Part shown: piece after piece, positions 37,094-43,098 of the stretch | How the letters are laid out: each line of letters opens with the position of its first letter | Numbering within the stretch: the stretch's first letter is position 1 | Virus record (IMG/VR): IMGVR_UViG_2541047775_000007 | DNA length: 43,098 nucleotides | Direction: 5' to 3' (one strand) | Source of the DNA: a virus | Taxonomy: Duplodnaviria; Heunggongvirae; Uroviricota; Caudoviricetes | Program-made: the position numbers and the translations under genes | The notes under the pieces: generated by a model | The model's input: the letters and a program-made list of their open reading frames with translations, nothing else | Databases searched by the model: none | Told to the model about the DNA's origin: nothing

Positions 37094-37156
37094 TCACCTA
37101 TAAGGTAACAAAAATCAAGGATAGTTACCCATGAGGTGCATTTACCTGTTGGGTAA
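37094..37156. promoter_or_regulatory. immunity-region operator cluster: TCACCTATAAGGTAA (37094-37108), TTACCCATGAGGTGC (37125-37139), TTACCTGTTGGGTAA (37142-37156)
   Basis: Three motif A sites between divergent Cro-like and repressor genes (OR1-3-like arrangement). Confidence 0.65.
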
Positions 37157-37211
37157 TATTGCTTTAAATTGAATCATCTTCTGATTCAGATATGAGGCGA
37201 TTTTCCAGAAA

Positions 37212-37796
37212 ATGAAAAGTATCCAGGACGTCCGCAGGCAAAATCTCAACGACTTGATCGACCGTGAATTCAATGGTGTTCAGACGCGGATGGCTGAAAA
37301 ACTTGGAACTCAGGCAAATCTGGTAAACCGCTGGGCTCTTGGCAAGAAGGTTATCGGCGACCAGGTTGCGCGAAAAATTGAAGCTGCCGCCAATAAACCC
37401 CGTAACTGGCTTGATATCGATCGCTCGCTTTCTCAGGAAGGTTTTCAGCCTGTCGGACCAAGCGACATTGGTCAACTGGCGGCTCACAACCTGAAACGCT
37501 GGATGAGCGAAAGCCGCGACCTTTCAACGCAGGGAAAACTTCACCGCGCATCCGGCGTCGCCCAGGTAACAATCAGTCGCCTGTTAAACAATGAGGTCAG
37601 CGTTTCCATTTCCACCCTGGAGAATGTTGCATCCGCATTCGGGCGTCACGGCTATGAATTACTGATTCACCCGCACGACCCTGCGACCATCAACTATGAC
37701 CGCTCGCGCTACGCATTGTTACCCGAAACCGAGAAAGCAAAGATCGAAAGTTACATTGAATTTGTCATCAACCAGAACGAAAAAAACAAACAATAA
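37212..37796 (+). CDS. phage repressor with two tandem HTH (XRE-type) domains and no recognisable LexA-like autocleavage domain (194 aa)
   Basis: Two segments matching the Q..LA...G.....VSR HTH pattern; no S24 peptidase motif seen by eye; divergent from Cro-like gene. Confidence 0.65.
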   Translation: MKSIQDVRRQNLNDLIDREFNGVQTRMAEKLGTQANLVNRWALGKKVIGDQVARKIEAAANKPRNWLDIDRSLSQEGFQPVGPSDIGQLAAHNLKRWMSESRDLSTQGKLHRASGVAQVTISRLLNNEVSVSISTLENVASAFGRHGYELLIHPHDPATINYDRSRYALLPETEKAKIESYIEFVINQNEKNKQ

Positions 37797-37816
37797 AATC
37801 ATACTCTTCAGTAAGT

Positions 37817-37841
37817 AAGCCGCCTTCTGGCGGCTTTTTTA
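37817..37841 (+). terminator. rho-independent terminator (aagccgcc-ttct-ggcggctt plus T6) after the repressor gene
   Basis: 8-bp GC stem and TTTTTT. Confidence 0.75.
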
Positions 37842-37853
37842 TTGCCTATTTGA

Positions 37854-37930
37854 TTACCTAACGGGTAATTTTTTTAACTCATATCTATTGACATCAAACC
37901 AGATACGCATAATTATTACCTCAACGGTAA
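37854..37930 (+). promoter_or_regulatory. PL-like promoter region: operator TTACCTAACGGGTAA (37854-37868), TTGACA (37888-37893), operator TTACCTCAACGGTAA (37916-37930)
   Basis: Consensus -35 flanked by two motif A palindromes upstream of the plus-strand early operon. Confidence 0.55.
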
Positions 37931-37949
37931 CAGACCGAGGTAACAAGTT

Positions 37950-38102
37950 ATGCAGTGGAAAATCATCAACGGTTGGTACTGCGTTACTGCATGCGGATTC
38001 ATGAGCTGGAAGTTCCGCACCTTACAGGAAGGCATTAAGTGGGCTTTCGTCAGCAAAGAAGCTCGCGATGTGGCCAACGATAACGAGATATGGGAGGGCT
38101 GA
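37950..38102 (+). CDS. small protein (50 aa), first gene of the plus-strand early operon
   Basis: RBS gaggt; below ORF-track size cut-off. Confidence 0.35.
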   Translation: MQWKIINGWYCVTACGFMSWKFRTLQEGIKWAFVSKEARDVANDNEIWEG

Positions 38103-38104
38103 TA

Positions 38105-38404
38105 ATGAACGTTAATCAGCAGAAAAATCTTCAAAAAATCATGCTGGCATTCGACAAGGACTACCGCCTGTCAGAACAGCTATATGACCGACAAGTTGAA
38201 CTGATTGAGAGTATCCGGCTTCATCAACTGGCATCAACTTTCGACGTTGTAACAGTTAAAGGCGTTCGCCAGGAAGTACTGGAGGCCGCTAAAGACAGTC
38301 CAGAGTTCGAAGAACTGATGGATTCCTACCGGCGCGAGGCAATGGCAATTATCGCCCGCTGGGATCTGGCTGATCAGCTTGATGGGCAGAGGGACGCGGC
38401 ATGA
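38105..38404 (+). CDS. hypothetical protein (99 aa)
   Basis: RBS ggaggg before ATG at 38105. Confidence 0.5.
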   Translation: MNVNQQKNLQKIMLAFDKDYRLSEQLYDRQVELIESIRLHQLASTFDVVTVKGVRQEVLEAAKDSPEFEELMDSYRREAMAIIARWDLADQLDGQRDAA

Positions 38405-38607
38405 AACCAACACTCCTCTCATTGCTGCGAGGTGGAAAACACAGCATCCGAGATATGGCAAAGATTCTTGGTATCTCAAGATCGAAGGTTTCTTGGTTCA
38501 TCGCTGAGCTTGAACGTCGCAAATGGGTAGAGGTAACCAGGAGCGCAATATATTTCCACGATGGAACCAGATCCAACAAGCAGAACGAATACAAGGTTAA
38601 GTTATGA
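38401..38607 (+). CDS. small winged-helix/HTH DNA-binding protein (68 aa)
   Basis: Segment SIRDMAKILGISRSKVSWFIAELERR resembles a winged HTH. Confidence 0.5.
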   Translation: MKPTLLSLLRGGKHSIRDMAKILGISRSKVSWFIAELERRKWVEVTRSAIYFHDGTRSNKQNEYKVKL

Positions 38608-39425
38608 ATACTGGCATCTATTTCGACATCAGCAATGAGGACTACCACGCCGGTGACGGCGTGAGTAAGTCGCAACTAGACATGGTTGCCAAGAATCCGG
38701 CGCTTCTTAAATGGGTTCAGGCAGCACCAGAAGACGAAGAGAAAAAGTCTGCACTGGATATGGGAACCGCATTGCACTGTCTGCTTCTGGAGCCTGGAGA
38801 GTTCGACAAACGCTTCATTGTTTCACCGAAATTCGATCGTCGGACAAAACAAGGTAAAGCTGACGAAGAAGCATTTCTTCGTGATGTGGCGGATATGGGT
38901 ATTACGGTACTTGATGTCGAGCAGTGGCGAAAACTGGAGCTGATGCGTGATAGCGCAATGGCTCACCCGGCTGCACGCTGGATGCTGGAAGCACCTGGTT
39001 ACTGCGAAGCATCAATGTACTGGAACGATGAAGAGACTGGTGAGTTGTGCCGCATTCGTCCAGACAAATGGCTGAACGAGCACAACGTGATCGTCGACGT
39101 GAAAAAGGTTGCAGATATGGATCGTTTTGCACGCCACATCGAGGAATTCCGCTACCACGTGCAGGACGCAATGTACCGCGAAGGAGCAATGAGGGTTACT
39201 GGTCAGTCGCATGGTTTTTTCTTTCTTGCCGTGAGCGAAAGCATTGATTGTGGTCGGTATCCGGTACGCGTGTTCGAGCTGGATGCGCCGGATGTCGATG
39301 CCGGGCACGCTCTGTTCCGCCGGGATCTGAATACCTATCACGAATGCCGCATCAACGATGAATGGGGCGGAGTGGAAATTATTAAACGCCCTGACTGGGC
39401 ACGTAAACAGGATATGTACGTATGA
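38604..39425 (+). CDS. PD-(D/E)xK exonuclease (RecE C-terminal-domain / exonuclease VIII-like), 273 aa
   Basis: Recognised family pattern; partnered with the downstream Bet-like annealing protein. Confidence 0.6.
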   Translation: MNTGIYFDISNEDYHAGDGVSKSQLDMVAKNPALLKWVQAAPEDEEKKSALDMGTALHCLLLEPGEFDKRFIVSPKFDRRTKQGKADEEAFLRDVADMGITVLDVEQWRKLELMRDSAMAHPAARWMLEAPGYCEASMYWNDEETGELCRIRPDKWLNEHNVIVDVKKVADMDRFARHIEEFRYHVQDAMYREGAMRVTGQSHGFFFLAVSESIDCGRYPVRVFELDAPDVDAGHALFRRDLNTYHECRINDEWGGVEIIKRPDWARKQDMYV

Positions 39426-40303
39426 GCAATGATATCGCAATCACATCACAACCAGGCGCAACTGTAGGCACTGCTGCGGCAATCTTCAGCCCCGAGGGCA
39501 TGAATCAACTGGTGCGTTTCGCGGAGTTGATGTCACAAAGCAAAGCGACTGTACCGAGACATCTTGAAGGCAAACCTGCCGATTGCCTGGCGGTGACCAT
39601 GCAGGCGGCACAGTGGGGAATGAACCCTTTCGCCGTGGCGCAGAAAACGCATGTGGTAAACGGAACGTTAGGCTACGAAGCACAGTTGGTAAACGCGGTC
39701 GTATCCTCTTCCAGCCTGCTGGCGACACGCCTGAATTATCGCTGGAGCGGTGACTGGTCGAATGTTAACGGCAAAACAGATAAATCACCGAATCTGACGG
39801 TAACTGTGTCAGCAGTTCTTAAAGGAGAAGCAGAACCCCGTGAGCTTACCATCAGTATGGCGCAAGCCGGAGTGCGTAACTCTCCATTGTGGGAACAGGA
39901 TCCGCGCCAGCAGCTTGCCTATCTTTGCACGAAACGATGGGCTCGCCTGCACGCTCCTGATGTACTTCTCGGTGTTTACACCCCTGACGAATTACAGGAA
40001 ACGGCACCGCGCGTTGAGCGAGACATTACTCCGCAAACGACTACTGCTGCGGGAATGAACAGTCTGATCAACGCTAAACCAGTGAAAAAGCCTGATGAGC
40101 AAACGCGTAAAGCGGATAGCCGTGATCCAGAAGAAATGCTGATGGCCTTTACCAGCGCAGCGATGAATTACAGCACTGTCTCCGAACTGGATAAGGCTTA
40201 CAAATACATTGCACAAAAACTTTCAGATGATGACGAACTGCTGGCAAAAGCCACCGACGTTTACAGCGTTCGTCGGGAAGAATTAAACGAAACATCTATG
40301 TAA
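39422..40303 (+). CDS. single-strand annealing recombinase, Bet/RecT-like (293 aa)
   Basis: Segment ...APRVERDITPQ... resembles lambda Bet ...ERQPERDITPV...; gene order exonuclease then annealase. Confidence 0.55.
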   Translation: MSNDIAITSQPGATVGTAAAIFSPEGMNQLVRFAELMSQSKATVPRHLEGKPADCLAVTMQAAQWGMNPFAVAQKTHVVNGTLGYEAQLVNAVVSSSSLLATRLNYRWSGDWSNVNGKTDKSPNLTVTVSAVLKGEAEPRELTISMAQAGVRNSPLWEQDPRQQLAYLCTKRWARLHAPDVLLGVYTPDELQETAPRVERDITPQTTTAAGMNSLINAKPVKKPDEQTRKADSRDPEEMLMAFTSAAMNYSTVSELDKAYKYIAQKLSDDDELLAKATDVYSVRREELNETSM

Positions 40304-40352
40304 CCACCACCGCGGCGCCACGCGCGCCGCACTGCAACCAAGAGAGGTATTT

Positions 40353-40601
40353 ATGAAAGGTGCATTAGGTAAGAAGGAACTCCTGGCGGTGGTGCCACTG
40401 TCATGGAGCACTATCGACCGTATGGAGCGCGCAGGGGAATTTCCTAAACGCTGGTATATCACTGACAAACGCTGCGCATGGAACCGTGACGAAGTTGAGC
40501 GTTGGCTTGATGAACGTCAGGCAGCAAGCCCGGCAGAGTTCCAGGGTAAAAAGCCTCCTGTTCAGCAACGTGTATATCGTCCTGTGAGCAACGCTGCATG
40601 A
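40353..40601 (+). CDS. AlpA-family excisionase/regulator-like protein (82 aa)
   Basis: Pattern LSWSTIDRMERAGEFPKRWYIT...WNRDEVERWL typical of AlpA-type HTH proteins. Confidence 0.6.
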   Translation: MKGALGKKELLAVVPLSWSTIDRMERAGEFPKRWYITDKRCAWNRDEVERWLDERQAASPAEFQGKKPPVQQRVYRPVSNAA

Positions 40602-40743
40602 GTGCGCTGCTAAGGCACTGGAGCAAATGGTCAGGATGGTACTTATTCCTGGCCTCTGTTTCAGCATGGCTTTATCTGCTGGCATTAATTTTCAGAGAGG
40701 GTTGGATTAAGTGAGAAAGTTAAGCCGACTTGAAAAATATCAC

Positions 40744-41010
40744 ATGAACAAGGTTTCAATGCGCCGTCCTTCAAAGGTTATCGCCGTTACTCCTGCGGCG
40801 ATAGAGTTCGAAAAACGCGCGATTGAAAGAGAGAAAAAAGGGCAGTTCCGCATTGCCGCCCACCTTTGGCTTCAGTGTATGGATGTTGCTTCTGGTGATG
40901 TTGAGCGTGCAAGGATCGCGGTTCGCAGGGACCAATGTATCACAAAAGGTAACGGCCTTCGCCGTGGCGACTATAGCGGCATAGGATGTTGCGGGGTGGT
41001 TTATGACTAA
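40744..41010 (+). CDS. hypothetical protein (about 88 aa; start uncertain, GTG at 40711 also possible)
   Basis: ORF overlapping methyltransferase start. Confidence 0.4.
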   Translation: MNKVSMRRPSKVIAVTPAAIEFEKRAIEREKKGQFRIAAHLWLQCMDVASGDVERARIAVRRDQCITKGNGLRRGDYSGIGCCGVVYD

Positions 41011-41653
41011 GAAATACACGCTAATCTATGCAGATCCACCATGGGTATACCGGGACAAAGCCGCAGATGGTAATCGCGGTGCCGGTTTTAAATATCCAGT
41101 TATGAGTGTGCTGGATATCTGCCGCCTTCCTGTGTGGGATTTGACCGCTGAAAACTGTCTGTTGGCCATGTGGTGGGTGCCAACACAACCACTCGAAGCA
41201 CTAAAAGTTGTTGAAGCCTGGGGATTTCGTCTGATGACCATGAAGGGCTTCACGTGGATAAAATGTGGTAGTCGACAACCAGATAAACTGGTTATGGGTA
41301 TGGGACACATGACTCGCGCCAATAGTGAAGATTGCCTGTTTGCAGTAAAGGGAAAACTACCTACGCGCATTAATGCAGGGATCGTTCAGTCATTTACCGC
41401 ACCGCGGCTTGAGCATTCAAGAAAACCAGATATTGTTCGTGAAAAACTTGTGCAATTGTTAGGCGATGTTTCTCGCATTGAACTATTCGCCCGCCAGACG
41501 TCTCATGGCTTCGATGTTTGGGGTAATCAGTGCGAAGACCCGGCAGTGCAACTACACCCTGGATACGCGTTGGATATTGCCGGATTAACAAATGCATTCA
41601 GCAATGCTCCGCTGTCACCAACAGACAACCAGGGGCGGGAGCGTGCAGCATGA
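41003..41653 (+). CDS. MT-A70 family DNA N6-adenine methyltransferase (216 aa), orphan
   Basis: Catalytic signature IYADPPW near N-terminus; no adjacent restriction endonuclease. Confidence 0.8.
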   Translation: MTKKYTLIYADPPWVYRDKAADGNRGAGFKYPVMSVLDICRLPVWDLTAENCLLAMWWVPTQPLEALKVVEAWGFRLMTMKGFTWIKCGSRQPDKLVMGMGHMTRANSEDCLFAVKGKLPTRINAGIVQSFTAPRLEHSRKPDIVREKLVQLLGDVSRIELFARQTSHGFDVWGNQCEDPAVQLHPGYALDIAGLTNAFSNAPLSPTDNQGRERAA

Positions 41654-41844
41654 ACAGGGCATCACCAGCAGATTTAAGGAAATGCCTTGAAACTGCAAAC
41701 ATGCTTGCACACAGCGGGATCAGGTTTGTTCCAATTCCCGCTGTCACTGATGCTGAATTTGCAACGCTGTCAGCAATATTCGCAGACAAAATTGAATCAC
41801 TGGCAGCAGAAGCCGAGATGGAAGAAAATCAGCAGAACTATTAA
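41650..41844 (+). CDS. small hypothetical protein (64 aa)
   Basis: ATG at 41650 overlapping methyltransferase stop. Confidence 0.4.
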   Translation: MNRASPADLRKCLETANMLAHSGIRFVPIPAVTDAEFATLSAIFADKIESLAAEAEMEENQQNY

Positions 41845-41850
41845 ACGTTA

Positions 41851-43098
41851 TTATCCCGCCATCCACTTCTCAAACTTCGACGGGGAGAACGGAATCAGAT
41901 CCGTATGCTCCCCGTCAATCCAGGAATCAATCATATCGGCCCACTGCTGCAACATGTAGGCGCGCTGTCTGGCGTATTCCGCTTTGTTATATACGGCGCG
42001 CACACCTTTCTGCTCATGTGCCAGAGCCTTTTCAATCCAGTCTGAAGGATAACCAGCCTCATGCAACAACGTACTTGCTGTACGGCGCATATCGTGTACG
42101 GTGAAGCCCTGAATATGCTCACCATCTTCATTTATTATTTTCACCGTTCTGTCGATCAGAGAGTTCAGCGCGGCATTAGATAATGGCTTCCGGAAATTGT
42201 AACGACCAGGAACCAGATATTCACTTCCACCAGCGCACATCTGCAACCCGACCAATATATCCTGAGCCTGTTTAGGCAGGTAAATAACGTGCGCCCGGCT
42301 TCCCTTCATGCGGTCTGAAGGAATTGTCCATGTCCATTTTTTAAAATCTATTTCATCCCACGTTGCGTTGGTGAATTCGCCTTTACGAACCATAGTGATA
42401 AGCACCAGCTTTAAAGCCATTTTCATAGTGCCCATAGCACCAATGGCATCCAGCGTGCGGAAGAACAGGCCAATTTCTTCTGGTGTCAGTGTTCGCTCTC
42501 GTGGTTTAAATATGGCGATAGACGAAGGTTTAATGTCAGCCGCAGGATTAAACAAACCATGACCACGGTCATTGGCGTGACGGTATACGCTGCTGATGAT
42601 CTCCCTGGCCTGTACTGCTGTTGCCCGACCACCGCGTTCGACAATCCGGTCACACAAATCACGAACCATCGATGTGGTAATTTCAGCCATCATTTTGTTG
42701 CCAAGAACCGGAAGTATGTCACGGTCGATCACCGCCTGCTTCATTGCGCGGGTACTGTCAGCCAGGATGACGTGTTTCATATAACTGTCGGTATGTACCG
42801 CAAACGTCTCAGCACCACGAATCTTTTTGATACCGTCACGTTTAGCCGCAGCCGGTGACTGGCCTGCTTTAAGCAGCTTCTTTGCAGCAATCAGTTCTTC
42901 CCGCGCTTCTGCCAGGCTGATACCGTCACGCCCATACTGCCCGATTACCAGTGTTTCGCGGCGACCGTTGATACGGTAGTCATAGCGAAACGAGACCGTG
43001 CCTGACGTAAGCACAGCTACATACAGCCCGTCACGATCGGAGACCTTGTACAGTTTGTCCTGCGGCTTGAGGTTTTTTAATTTTGTATCGGTAAGCAC
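41851..43098 (-). CDS. int: tyrosine integrase, P4-type (N-terminus at or 1-2 codons beyond window end)
   Basis: N-terminal LTDTKLKNLKP...LYVAV arm-binding pattern and C-terminal catalytic region with R...H..R...Y spacing typical of P4-like integrases. Confidence 0.85.
   Translation of the reverse strand: MLTDTKLKNLKPQDKLYKVSDRDGLYVAVLTSGTVSFRYDYRINGRRETLVIGQYGRDGISLAEAREELIAAKKLLKAGQSPAAAKRDGIKKIRGAETFAVHTDSYMKHVILADSTRAMKQAVIDRDILPVLGNKMMAEITTSMVRDLCDRIVERGGRATAVQAREIISSVYRHANDRGHGLFNPAADIKPSSIAIFKPRERTLTPEEIGLFFRTLDAIGAMGTMKMALKLVLITMVRKGEFTNATWDEIDFKKWTWTIPSDRMKGSRAHVIYLPKQAQDILVGLQMCAGGSEYLVPGRYNFRKPLSNAALNSLIDRTVKIINEDGEHIQGFTVHDMRRTASTLLHEAGYPSDWIEKALAHEQKGVRAVYNKAEYARQRAYMLQQWADMIDSWIDGEHTDLIPFSPSKFEKWMAG

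Overview
This window is mostly one temperate prophage (about 3.0 kb to beyond 43.1 kb) with a podovirus-type (T7/epsilon15-like) structural module, flanked on the left by an IS200-like element, two secreted/lipoprotein genes and a partial IS5. Reading the minus strand from right to left the lytic programme runs: Cro-like regulator, lambda O/P-like replication genes with in-gene iterons, a nin-like region, terminase small and large subunits, a plus-strand tRNA-Arg(UCU) island, portal, scaffold, capsid, tail tube and internal virion proteins, an accessory island, tailspike, and a holin/GH19 endolysin/Rz-Rz1 lysis cassette. On the plus strand sit a tandem-HTH repressor with no recognisable autocleavage domain, an exonuclease/Bet-like recombination pair, an AlpA-like regulator and an MT-A70 adenine methyltransferase, ending at a P4-type integrase. 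The most interesting region is the accessory island at 7.6-11.3 kb: a near-consensus LexA box in front of a small antirepressor paralog, a full-length AntA/B-type antirepressor behind a structured terminator-containing leader, a membrane-anchored tandem CxxC protein, and an AT-rich small-protein plus membrane-protein cassette. A 15-bp palindrome TTACC-N5-GGTAA recurs at least 13 times at promoter-proximal positions across the prophage, and a 12-bp palindrome GTGACATGTCAC occurs three times just upstream of intrinsic terminators. All family assignments are from motif recognition by eye, with no database search; coordinates of regulatory sites were counted by hand and may be off by 1-2 bp.
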